Assembly: GCA_964645915.1 (NCBI GenBank)
Contig: CAZYDH010000002.1
Coordinates: 91,607-155,606 of the forward strand
DNA length: 64,000 bases
Reading direction: 5' to 3'
Origin: an uncultured bacterium
GTDB taxonomy: Bacteria; Fidelibacterota; Marinisomatia; Marinisomatales; JACNKV01
Positions 38,447 to 47,424 of the stretch are shown one piece after another. The notes beneath the pieces are model-generated. The model saw only the letters and a program-made list of their open reading frames with translations. It was not told the DNA's origin and made no database searches. A program made the translations under genes and the position numbers. Positions within the stretch are counted from its first letter, which is position 1. The number at the start of each line of letters is the position of its first letter.

Positions 38447-38649
38447 TTTATACCTATGATTTATTAACTATATGACTAAATGATAATATATATTACCACA
38501 ATGTCCGGTGGAGTTTACGGAGTAAAATAATAAAAACCTCTTATTATTTCTTTTATATTTCACATTCAAAATGTATCGAGTAACATCATTAATTCATCAG
38601 TACATTTACATTTTCCAATTCACATTATCGATGTAATTTCCATATAACC

Positions 38650-40062
38650 ATGTTTCGCTTATTAAATCAATATACATCAAACGTAATCTATGGATTTACA
38701 CGATCCCGTTGGCTCATCATTACGTCATTGATTGGTATAGTATTATTTCTTCTTCCCGCTCCTGAAGGATTGAGCATAGACGGATATCGAACAATCATCA
38801 TCATTATCATGGCGTTAATCTTGATTGTCACCGAGCCAATTCCATTGCCGGGGATCGCTTTGCTGATCATAATATTACAAGTGTATTTTGGCATTGCAGA
38901 TGCAAATCATGTGGCTCACTCATTTATGAATGATGCAGTATTTTTTATCATGGGATCTCTTATGCTGGCAGTTGCTATTGTCCAGCAGGGTTGGGATGCG
39001 CGTATTGCATTAGGAATTATCAAATTCACAGGAAATAGTGCATTAAAAATTTCGTTCGGATTTGCAGTTATTTCTGCATTGATGTCCTCGTTTATTGGAG
39101 AACATACCGTTGCAGCAATGATGTTACCGATTGGAATGACATTAATCCGGTATACATCTGAAGATAAAACCAAGGTTAGAAAATTGGCAGCTCTTCTATT
39201 ATTCTCTATTGCTTATGGTAGCTTAATTGGATCCATAGGAACCCCATCAGGTGGAGGGCGGAATGCGATCATGATGATCTATTGGAAAGAATTCGGTTTT
39301 GATCCCATCTCCTATGGAAAATGGATGATGATGGTTTATCCGTTGCTTTTATTGCAATTACCTATATTAACATGGATCTTATGGAAGAGTTTCCGCCCGG
39401 AATATACATATCTGGATAGTGGAATAAGGAAATTAAAAGTACGTGTCGCTCGTTCCGGAATGATACAACCCAAACAATATGTTGCTGTTTTCTTGTTTTT
39501 CCTAATATTCTTAGGATGGATATTTCTTTCAGAAACAATAGGACTTGGAATTATAGCTCTTTCAGGTGTTGTACTTTATTTAGTGACCGGATTAGCTAAA
39601 TGGGATGATATGAGTAAGCACGTCAATTGGGGTGTGGTCATTTTATTTGGCGCTTCTATATCACTTGGTACAATGGTTAATGAAACAGGCGCAGCAAGTT
39701 GGATAGCCGATCAGGTGTTTGGTTCAATTAACAATTTCGCTAGTTCAACTCCTTTGTTAACCGATACTGTGGTTGTGATTATGACAACTGCTTTGGCAAA
39801 TATATTATCTAGTTCGGCTACGGTAGCGGTTTTGGCACCCATTACGTTAAACTTGCCGGGGGATACCATTCATATCGGACTGGTGACAGCTATTTCATCA
39901 GCTTTCGGATATTTCACGGCTGTGGCTGCACCTGCATGTACAATTGTTTATGCCAGCGGAATGATTAAAGCGAAAGATTTTTTAAAAGCCGGATGGAAAA
40001 CCGGAATAGTATCCATAGTAATGGTCCTTTTATATGCGAACATTTTTTGGCAATTATTTTAA
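38650..40062 (+). CDS. SLC13/DASS-family anion (dicarboxylate/sulfate):sodium symporter
   Basis: This is a polytopic 470-aa protein with duplicated hairpin-type motifs (GSIGTPSGGGRN, and SSSATVAVLAP in the second half) typical of the DASS/ArsB-NhaD superfamily. Confidence 0.7.
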   Translation: MFRLLNQYTSNVIYGFTRSRWLIITSLIGIVLFLLPAPEGLSIDGYRTIIIIIMALILIVTEPIPLPGIALLIIILQVYFGIADANHVAHSFMNDAVFFIMGSLMLAVAIVQQGWDARIALGIIKFTGNSALKISFGFAVISALMSSFIGEHTVAAMMLPIGMTLIRYTSEDKTKVRKLAALLLFSIAYGSLIGSIGTPSGGGRNAIMMIYWKEFGFDPISYGKWMMMVYPLLLLQLPILTWILWKSFRPEYTYLDSGIRKLKVRVARSGMIQPKQYVAVFLFFLIFLGWIFLSETIGLGIIALSGVVLYLVTGLAKWDDMSKHVNWGVVILFGASISLGTMVNETGAASWIADQVFGSINNFASSTPLLTDTVVVIMTTALANILSSSATVAVLAPITLNLPGDTIHIGLVTAISSAFGYFTAVAAPACTIVYASGMIKAKDFLKAGWKTGIVSIVMVLLYANIFWQLF

Positions 40063-40119
40063 TATGAGATAAATATTATAAATGAATTTCTCACAAACAT
40101 TTTTCATAGGAATAAAATA

Positions 40120-41004
40120 ATGAAATTTCTAATTGCAGTTGGAAGCAAGACATATTCTGAACCTACACTCAGAGTTGGGATGCAAGTAGCTAAAGCATTT
40201 AATGCATCGGTTACGATTCTTTATGTAGGTCCAAAGATCAGTGCGTTTAGTTCCAGTGAAGTGAGACTAGCTCAAGAAAGCATGGAAAGATGGGAAATTG
40301 ATCGACCCGGTGTGGAAGTTCTTGAATGGGCATTTAATTTCTTAGCATCGCATGATTATATTACGCCAAAAATGATAGAAGCAGGATTTCAAAAAAATAC
40401 TTTAGTGCAGACGAGGGGAAACAGATGTGAGTTGTACTTACAGGGAGTTGCCTGTGAAGATGTAAATTTGATTCTTCGGAATGGTGATATTATCCCGGAA
40501 CTTCGTGATGAAGTTGCAAAAGGTGGATATGATGTAACCATTATTGGTGGAAGTAAAAAACGTAGAATGGCTCATGATCTTGTACAGTATATAGATAGTT
40601 CTATTTTTGTAGTGAAAAATTTTGAACAGGAAATTGATTATCGCTTATTAATGGCTACAGATGACTCAGAGGGGACTAAAAAAGCTGTTAAGTTTGGTGC
40701 AAAAGTTTCACAAGCATTTGATATGTCAATAGATTTATTAACAGTCTCCAAAAAGAACTTCTTTGGAAAAGGGTATCGAAACGCCTCTAAAAAAGCATCG
40801 ACACTTGTACGTAGAGCCGGAATTGAAGGGGAAGTATTACTCAAAGTAGGAGACCCTGTTGAAGTCATCGTTGATTTTGCAGGAAATGATCATATTATTG
40901 TTATGGGTGCATCTTCTGCAAATCCGGTGAAAAAATTTCTCTTTGGAAGCAAACCTTTAAAAGTTATGTCTTCCTGCAATTGTCCAATATTAATTGTAAA
41001 GTAA
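40120..41004 (+). CDS. Universal stress protein, tandem UspA domains
   Basis: Two Usp-like halves each end in a G-x2-G-x9-G(S/T)-like motif (IIGGSKKRRMAHDLV...; VMGASSANPVKKFLFGSKPLKVMSSCNCPILIV). Confidence 0.7.
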   Translation: MKFLIAVGSKTYSEPTLRVGMQVAKAFNASVTILYVGPKISAFSSSEVRLAQESMERWEIDRPGVEVLEWAFNFLASHDYITPKMIEAGFQKNTLVQTRGNRCELYLQGVACEDVNLILRNGDIIPELRDEVAKGGYDVTIIGGSKKRRMAHDLVQYIDSSIFVVKNFEQEIDYRLLMATDDSEGTKKAVKFGAKVSQAFDMSIDLLTVSKKNFFGKGYRNASKKASTLVRRAGIEGEVLLKVGDPVEVIVDFAGNDHIIVMGASSANPVKKFLFGSKPLKVMSSCNCPILIVK

Positions 41005-41041
41005 AAACACATATTTATTGCGAAAATAAATTATAAATACA

Positions 41042-41060
41042 AATAGTAATCATTATTATT
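41042..41060 (+). promoter_or_regulatory. Candidate Fur/PerR box upstream of the perR-ahpC operon
   Basis: AATAGTAAT-C-ATTATTATT is a 9-1-9 inverted repeat matching at 8 of 9 positions. Its 7-1-7 core TAGTAATcATTATTA resembles the Per/Fur box TTATAATnATTATAA. It lies 54 nt upstream of the perR start. Confidence 0.4.
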
Positions 41061-41113
41061 ATTGTATTGTATAGTATTTTGTTGTATCTTCTATCAAGTT
41101 ATTAGGATTAACT

Positions 41114-41485
41114 ATGAGACATTCAAAACAAAGAGAAACAATTTTAAACATTCTGAGGAATACTAGAAGTCACCCAACCGCTGATTGGATTTATTCTGAA
41201 GCTCGGAAAGAGATACCCAATATCAGTCTTGGTACTGTCTATCGTAATTTGGCTCTACTTGTGACCCATCGAATGATTATTCCCATCCAGATAGATGGAG
41301 TAATTCATTATGATGGATTCACTGAAGATCATCAACATTTTATTTGTGGAGAATGTGGAACAATTTATGACATTGATGTTTACTCTGAAGAGATTACATC
41401 TTTGATCAATGAGAAAACTAATCATCACGTGGTTGATTGTCAGGTACAATTAACCGGAACGTGCTCAAACTGTAAACCAAACTAG
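41114..41485 (+). CDS. perR: Fur-family transcriptional regulator, PerR-like
   Basis: The protein starts with a winged-helix N-terminus. Metal-site motifs are HQHFICGECG and a C-terminal CSNC. It sits directly upstream (14 nt) of a peroxiredoxin gene. The PerR versus Fur/Zur assignment rests on context. Confidence 0.6.
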   Translation: MRHSKQRETILNILRNTRSHPTADWIYSEARKEIPNISLGTVYRNLALLVTHRMIIPIQIDGVIHYDGFTEDHQHFICGECGTIYDIDVYSEEITSLINEKTNHHVVDCQVQLTGTCSNCKPN

Positions 41486-41499
41486 AAAAGGAATAATAT

Positions 41500-42144
41500 A
41501 TGTTAGTAACAAAACCAGCACCGGACTTTAAAGCAACTGCAGTTATGCCGGATAATACATTTCAGGAAGTCAGTTTATCTGATTATAAAGGGAAAAAAGT
41601 AGTTCTATTCTTTTATCCATTGGACTTTACTTTTGTTTGTCCTACTGAGATCATTGCATTTGATCGTCGCTTAGATGAATTCAAAAAACGTGGAGTAGAG
41701 GTCTTAGGGTGTTCAATAGATTCACATTTCAGCCATTGGGCTTGGAAAAATACCGACGTTAACAAAGGTGGAATTGGGAATGTTCAATACCCAATTATTG
41801 CAGATCTTGACAAATCAATTGCACGCGATTATGATGTGTTGATCGGCGCAGAACCTGCTTATGTAGAAACAGAAGAAGAAGAACTTGAAACAACCGTTGG
41901 CGGATCTATTGCATTACGGGGTTCTTTCCTTATAGATGAAGAAGGAGTGGTTCGTCATGCGGTGATCAATGATCTTCCGTTAGGTCGAAATATTGATGAA
42001 ATGATTCGTATGGTAGATGCACTTGATTTCCATTCAAAACATGGAGAAGTATGTCCAGCAGGATGGACTGAAGGAAAAGATGGAATGAAAGATACGGCAG
42101 AAGGAGTTGCTTCTTACCTAAGTGATCATTCAAGTGAATTATAA
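41500..42144 (+). CDS. ahpC: Typical 2-Cys peroxiredoxin (AhpC/Prx1 subfamily)
   Basis: The peroxidatic Cys motif is FTFVCPTE and the resolving Cys motif is GEVCPAGW. Confidence 0.9.
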   Translation: MLVTKPAPDFKATAVMPDNTFQEVSLSDYKGKKVVLFFYPLDFTFVCPTEIIAFDRRLDEFKKRGVEVLGCSIDSHFSHWAWKNTDVNKGGIGNVQYPIIADLDKSIARDYDVLIGAEPAYVETEEEELETTVGGSIALRGSFLIDEEGVVRHAVINDLPLGRNIDEMIRMVDALDFHSKHGEVCPAGWTEGKDGMKDTAEGVASYLSDHSSEL

Positions 42145-42207
42145 ATAATAATCGATTAGGGGCACAATTTTGTGCCCCCAATCTATAATAAAGAAAAGGA
42201 TATAATT

Positions 42208-42789
42208 ATGAGTTACACATTACCTGAATTGCCATATGCAAAGAATGCACTAGAACCTCATATTTCTGAAGAAACGATTGAATTTCATTATGGTAAACAT
42301 CATCAAGCTTATGTAAATAATTTGAATGCTTTGGTTCCCGGAACAGAATATGAAGGATTAAGCTTGGAAGAAATTGTTAAAAAGTCGTCTGGTGGAGTAT
42401 TTAATAATGCAGCTCAAGTTTGGAATCATACTTTCTATTGGAATTGCTTAACTCCAAATGGTGGAGGAGAACCTACAGGTGAACTTGCTGATGCTATTCA
42501 ATCAACTTTTGGATCGTTTGATAGTTTCAAAGAAACATTTACAAAATCTGCTGTTACAAATTTTGGTTCTGGATGGACTTGGTTAGTAAAAACGGAAAGT
42601 GGTGAATTAAAGATTGTGAATACGGGTAATGCCGGATCACCATTAACAGAAGGATATACTCCTCTTTTAACAGTTGATGTTTGGGAACATGCATATTATG
42701 TGGACTATCGTAATGCACGTCCGGACTATGTTTCGGCATTCTGGAATCTTGTTAATTGGGATTTTGTTAATAAAAACTACCTCGGTTGA
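42208..42789 (+). CDS. sodB: Fe-type superoxide dismutase
   Basis: [32 protein letters not shown] (Fe-type signature) and DVWEHAYY are all present. The start was moved to ATG 42208, since the ORF-track start overlaps an upstream hairpin. Confidence 0.88.
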   Translation: MSYTLPELPYAKNALEPHISEETIEFHYGKHHQAYVNNLNALVPGTEYEGLSLEEIVKKSSGGVFNNAAQVWNHTFYWNCLTPNGGGEPTGELADAIQSTFGSFDSFKETFTKSAVTNFGSGWTWLVKTESGELKIVNTGNAGSPLTEGYTPLLTVDVWEHAYYVDYRNARPDYVSAFWNLVNWDFVNKNYLG

Positions 42790-42820
42790 ATGTTTCATTT
42801 CATTTCAACCTCCTTGTGAA

Positions 42821-42849
42821 AAAAGAGCTCCTAATCGGAGCTCTTTTTA
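42821..42849 (+). terminator. Rho-independent terminator after sodB
   Basis: aaaagagctcc-taatc-ggagctcttttt is a 7-bp GC-containing stem followed by a T-run. Confidence 0.8.
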
Positions 42850-42946
42850 TTTATAATCATCTTGAAATAAATGAGATAATGCTTCAAATTGTAGAATTAA
42901 ATATGTGTGATAAAAATGATTATTTAAGCATTACAAGCCACAATAA

Positions 42947-44209
42947 ATGGTTATTAGACAATATATGAATAAATCAAAAATGTTAAGAAAAATCGAAAAT
43001 AGTATCTTGGTATTTTTGTTTTTATTTCAACCTTTGTTTGGATTAAATAACCTACAGCTCTTTATTGATCTAACACCTGAAGGACAAACACTGTATCCAA
43101 TCCCCGGGACTTATAAAGGTCCCATCACTATTAACAAGCGCATTATTCTTGACGGAAAGGGAGAGGTGATCATTGATGGACAATCCAGCGGAACAGTACT
43201 TACTATTAAGGCTAATGGAGTAGTTATTCGCAATTTGCAAATACAGAATTCCGGAGAATCTCATGATAAAGTAAATGCCGGAATTATGATAAATGCAGAT
43301 AGTACAATTGTAGAAAACAATCAAATTGAGAATGTCCTTTTTGGTATCCATATAACCAATGGAAATAAAAATCAGATATTATTTAATGATGTAAGATCAA
43401 TTCATGATAAATTTACATTGAGAGGTGAAGGGATTCGGCTATGGAATAGTCGATTGAATACAATTAAAGGGAACACAATTCATTCGGTAAGAGATATAGT
43501 ATTTACTAATTCCCCTGATAATTATTTCTCAAATAATTTAATAGAAGATTCAAGAATCGGAATTGAACTTATCTATTCTCCTTCATGTATTTTATCAGAA
43601 AATTCATTTCTTAGAAATGAACATGGGATTATTGGACTTTATTCAGACTCTTTACTTATTAAAGATAACCATATCAAGCATCAAAGTAAATTAAGAGGTA
43701 GTGCCATAGCCGTAAAAGGAAGTTCAGAAATAATTATGAGTGGGAACGAAATATTAGACTGTGCAATAGGCTTGACAGCAAATGCTCCAATATTCCCGGA
43801 AAATATCATTCGATTATTGGGGAATACCTTTGCCTATAATGATGTGGCAATATACTTATATGGCGACAAAGGCGGACATGTTATGCACGATAATATTTTT
43901 AAAGGAAATTTTCAGCATGTCGTTGTAACGCACCCATCTGCATCAGCAGGGAATGATTGGTATGGAAACTATTGGGATGATTATACTGGATTTGATCTAA
44001 ATATGGATGGAGTTGGAGATGAAAGTTATCAAGTTTATCTGTATTCAGAAAGATTATGGATGGACCACGATCTAGCTCGATTCTTTCGAGGAACCCCATT
44101 GCTTGAAATGGTCGATTTTATGGAGCGACTTGCACCATTTTTAGATCCGCCATTAATCTTGCGAGATCAACAACCAAAATTAAATTATAAGTTAGATATA
44201 AAGAATTAA
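42947..44209 (+). CDS. NosD-family periplasmic right-handed beta-helix protein (second, stand-alone nosD paralogue)
   Basis: The protein is collinear with the operon-encoded NosD along its full length. Shared blocks include NSGESH, GIRLWNS versus AVRLWYS, GNYWDDYTGFDLNMDGVGD versus GNYWSDFEGFDLDEDFVGD, and PLLEMVDFMERLAPF versus PMLEVLDFLERLAPF. A signal-peptide-like N-terminus is present. ATG 42965 is an alternative start. Confidence 0.75.
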   Translation: MVIRQYMNKSKMLRKIENSILVFLFLFQPLFGLNNLQLFIDLTPEGQTLYPIPGTYKGPITINKRIILDGKGEVIIDGQSSGTVLTIKANGVVIRNLQIQNSGESHDKVNAGIMINADSTIVENNQIENVLFGIHITNGNKNQILFNDVRSIHDKFTLRGEGIRLWNSRLNTIKGNTIHSVRDIVFTNSPDNYFSNNLIEDSRIGIELIYSPSCILSENSFLRNEHGIIGLYSDSLLIKDNHIKHQSKLRGSAIAVKGSSEIIMSGNEILDCAIGLTANAPIFPENIIRLLGNTFAYNDVAIYLYGDKGGHVMHDNIFKGNFQHVVVTHPSASAGNDWYGNYWDDYTGFDLNMDGVGDESYQVYLYSERLWMDHDLARFFRGTPLLEMVDFMERLAPFLDPPLILRDQQPKLNYKLDIKN

Positions 44210-44231
44210 ATCCGTATTGTAAATACTGGAT

Positions 44232-45059
44232 CTAAGAAAGATCACCTCGACAAAATCTCCAAAATCCAAAATAAGCTGTTAGAAGTCCAAGTATTACCGG
44301 GTAGATCATTGCCCAACTTAGATATCCAATCCTTCCAAATAAATCAAGTATGACATAGGCAGAAGGTCCCAATAGAACTAATTGTGGGTCAAAAAGTAAC
44401 ATTGCCGCAGTTCGAAAAGCTTGTAATGGATTCATCAATGCGATACTGACAGCGGTTTCAGCTGGGAGTCCTTCACGGATCAGCGTTCCCAGTAAAATTA
44501 GATCTAAAAAGAGTAAGAGAAATAACCACACGAGAAAGGCTGCTCCTTGAGCAACATCAGTTGATTTAGATAATGTGGAAATGAGCATTCCGATTCCTAA
44601 GAAACAAATGATCATTGCAGCCAACAAACCTGTATAGAATGTTACTTGTAACCAAGGGATGCTGACTCCTTGAAATACTCCCCAAAAAATAGCAAGTATC
44701 ATCGCGAGTAAAACTGGAAAGAAAACAACGATAAAACGACCGATGAGTTTTCCCCAATACCAAGCTGCTAATCCAACAGGGAGGGATAACATATACTCAT
44801 AAACTCCAGCTTCACGATCTCCAACAACTGATCGAACGGTTGTGATTAACATAAAGATTGGGAGTATAGCCATTGTAATTTGGATATAGGTTACAAGTAA
44901 TCGAGATAAACCAGTAAATCCCATAATTCTAGATTCTGTTAAGCCGGATACCAATAAACCGACCATAATTGTTCCAAAGACAATTGTGTAGACAAAAAAC
45001 CAACGTGATCTAATTGATTCACCAATATCAGCTCTTGCCATACGTATTAAATGTTGCAT
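44232..45059 (-). CDS. nosY: NosY, ABC-2 type permease of the NosDFY maturation transporter
   Basis: It is a six-TM ABC-2 permease of 275 aa, positioned in the nos operon after nosF and nosL. Confidence 0.8.
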   Translation of the reverse strand: MQHLIRMARADIGESIRSRWFFVYTIVFGTIMVGLLVSGLTESRIMGFTGLSRLLVTYIQITMAILPIFMLITTVRSVVGDREAGVYEYMLSLPVGLAAWYWGKLIGRFIVVFFPVLLAMILAIFWGVFQGVSIPWLQVTFYTGLLAAMIICFLGIGMLISTLSKSTDVAQGAAFLVWLFLLLFLDLILLGTLIREGLPAETAVSIALMNPLQAFRTAAMLLFDPQLVLLGPSAYVILDLFGRIGYLSWAMIYPVILGLLTAYFGFWRFCRGDLS

Positions 45060-45071
45060 TTATAATCCTTA

Positions 45072-45566
45072 TTACAAAGATGGTTTTTTATGTTTCATTT
45101 CTATCATTTTACGATTTTGTGATTGATAGATTTGTTTTACTGCTTCTTCAAAATTGATGGTTGGCTCATCGCTTTGAAGGGTTGCTCCTAAACCGAAATC
45201 CATAGGAGTAATCTTACCTTTTTCAAAGACGGAATTCTTTGCATCGATCCAAACTCCGGTTTTAAAATCATTTACCCAGATTTCAACTCGTGGATCTGTT
45301 TTCCAATTCTGCTTGTCTAACCAAAGGATAGCACATCCAATATCGTCAAAATAATATAGTTTTGTAGGTTTTTCTTTTGGAGCTCCTCTAACTTGTGCTG
45401 TATAATAATGATCGCTAACCGCCATAAGGCATCTTTCACAAATCATACGATCCCAACGAATTTCACCCGGACCGGTTTCTACTTTTTTTGTACACGAAAA
45501 TAACAGAAGAAAAAGTCCGGTTAGAAGAAGCTGTAATAATATAGATTTACTTAGAAATACTTTCAT
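45072..45566 (-). CDS. nosL: NosL copper-chaperone lipoprotein
   Basis: The lipobox is LLLFSCTKK. The NosL-family core is CERCLMAVSDHYYTAQV...YYFDDIGCA. Confidence 0.8.
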   Translation of the reverse strand: MKVFLSKSILLQLLLTGLFLLLFSCTKKVETGPGEIRWDRMICERCLMAVSDHYYTAQVRGAPKEKPTKLYYFDDIGCAILWLDKQNWKTDPRVEIWVNDFKTGVWIDAKNSVFEKGKITPMDFGLGATLQSDEPTINFEEAVKQIYQSQNRKMIEMKHKKPSL

Positions 45567-46413
45567 GTTTTGACTCTTTCATTTCAATCCCGGTGATTAA
45601 TCCGGCATAACGGGATAATACACCAAGAAACCTAAGACGGTCAGGGCCTGAAACAAGACCTGTCCAAGCCCCATTATCATTAGAGAATCCCCATTCTTGA
45701 ATAGTCTTAGCAAATGCTTCATTTTCTTGAGACAACAGAACACGGCATTCTAGAATACTTCTCATGTCAACTACATCATCAACATGATCATCTAAAACAA
45801 TTCGACCTAAATCCAGTTCAACTACACGATTAACCAAAGCTGCAACTTCATCCAAACGATGGCTAGATATGATCATAGATACATGATCTAATCTTTCACC
45901 TAATAACTTGAAAAAGACTTGACGAGCCTCAGGGTCCAAATTTGCAGCAGGTTCATCTAAAATAAGAAGTTCAGAATCTCTTCCTAGAGCAATACCAATT
46001 AGAAGTTTCTGTTTTTCTCCACCGGAGAGTTTTACAAAAATTCTATTACGAACTTCTGAAATGCGAAGACCTAATTGTCTTGCGATAGAATAGATTTCTC
46101 CCGGGTCTCCTTCACATAAGTCTGCTGCAAAATGGATGAGTTGATCAACAGTCATTTTTAATGGAGGAGGTAGCTGCGGAACAAATCCTATATGTTTTAA
46201 AACCTCTCTTCGATGTTTACGCGGTGAAAGACCATTTACCTGTACAGATCCTTCATAAGTGTACTGACCTAATAAAGATCGAATCAATGTTGTTTTTCCC
46301 GCACCATTTGATCCTACTAATGCTACACGATCACCTTGTTTAATAGTAAGATCGATTCCACGTAATATGGGTGTTTTTCGAAATGTTTTCTTAAGTGAAT
46401 TCAATTGGATCAT
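45547..46413 (-). CDS. nosF: NosF, ABC transporter ATP-binding protein
   Basis: Walker A is GSNGAGKTT, the signature is LSGGEKQK and Walker B is LILDEPAANLD. Its 3' end overlaps nosL by 20 nt. Confidence 0.85.
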   Translation of the reverse strand: MIQLNSLKKTFRKTPILRGIDLTIKQGDRVALVGSNGAGKTTLIRSLLGQYTYEGSVQVNGLSPRKHRREVLKHIGFVPQLPPPLKMTVDQLIHFAADLCEGDPGEIYSIARQLGLRISEVRNRIFVKLSGGEKQKLLIGIALGRDSELLILDEPAANLDPEARQVFFKLLGERLDHVSMIISSHRLDEVAALVNRVVELDLGRIVLDDHVDDVVDMRSILECRVLLSQENEAFAKTIQEWGFSNDNGAWTGLVSGPDRLRFLGVLSRYAGLITGIEMKESKHESISK

Positions 46414-46455
46414 TATTGAGTCATCCTTTATAATGAGTTGTAATTAATAATCATT

Positions 46456-47424
46456 TTAAAAACCTAATCCTTTGAATTTGAATTTCAAAGAATCGTTTGG
46501 ACAAACCTCTACACAACGACCGCATCGAGTGCAATCTGCTCCTATGTCAACGATGGGTTCGTTAGCACGTTTTGCTTTTGTAACTTCCAAAACATGAGGA
46601 ACCAAGCATACTTTTCTACATTCACCATCATGATAACAAGTCTCAAGGTGATACTGAACCTTCAACGGAGATGTAGAACCAACCAAACCATACGTTAAAC
46701 CAATTGGGCAAGCATATCTACACCAAGCCCGTCGTGAAAAGAAAATTTCAAACAATAGAATAAATCCCACCCAAATTAAAGCCAAACCGGGTCCGTATAT
46801 AAGTGCACGGCTTATAATTCCGGTCGGGGAGATTGTTTCATAAACTGTGTAGCTACTAACAAATGCAAGAATTGCAAAAATAATCCAAAGCCAAGTACGA
46901 GTTTTGCGATCAAATTTTAAATTTTTTGCTATTCCTTTTTTATACAATTTTAAATGAAGAATTTCCACCCACTCAGCAAGAATGTGATATGGACAGACCC
47001 AACTGCAAAATGTACGTCCACCTAGAAACCACCACATAATAAATACTGTAATGGTTCCGATGAGCAAATTAATTAAAACTTGTTTAAAGGCTAGCATGAC
47101 TTGTAAAGAAGCATTTAAATCAGCTAAATGAAATCCGACAAATCTTGATCCGGTCAAAGCTCCTTCTAGCATTTGGATATCTAGTATAAATGAAAGAACG
47201 AATAACAAATTAACAACCAGTAAAACAAACCAACGACGTTTAAGCCAATAAGTGTTTTTTCGGGAATGTTGTTTTTTATGCTCCAATAATTTTATTAAGT
47301 CTTTAGATCGTTTCCCCGATTGTTTTTCATGAATTGTTTTGGCTTCTTCAGAAAAGTTCGCAGGATTTGGTTTATCAGGTTTCCCACCAAATAACATTCG
47401 GAATGATTCTTTTATATTTTTCAT
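46456..47424 (-). CDS. nosH: NosH (NapH-like) membrane-bound polyferredoxin, quinol dehydrogenase subunit
   Basis: It has four TM helices with CxxCP motifs (CSWVCPYH, CRYACPIG) and a C-terminal 2x[4Fe-4S] region (CRKVC..., CTRCGRCVEVCP). ATG 47424 overlaps the nosG stop (ATGA). The longer ORF-track start would overlap nosG by 97 nt. Confidence 0.75.
   Translation of the reverse strand: MKNIKESFRMLFGGKPDKPNPANFSEEAKTIHEKQSGKRSKDLIKLLEHKKQHSRKNTYWLKRRWFVLLVVNLLFVLSFILDIQMLEGALTGSRFVGFHLADLNASLQVMLAFKQVLINLLIGTITVFIMWWFLGGRTFCSWVCPYHILAEWVEILHLKLYKKGIAKNLKFDRKTRTWLWIIFAILAFVSSYTVYETISPTGIISRALIYGPGLALIWVGFILLFEIFFSRRAWCRYACPIGLTYGLVGSTSPLKVQYHLETCYHDGECRKVCLVPHVLEVTKAKRANEPIVDIGADCTRCGRCVEVCPNDSLKFKFKGLGF

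Noticed and set aside
42674-42968. Two 60-aa plus-strand ORFs (42674-42856, 42786-42968) at the sodB 3' end and in the following spacer.
   Set aside because: The first is an alternate frame inside sodB and runs through its terminator hairpin. The second spans the terminator and the promoter region of the nosD paralogue. Neither has coding features.
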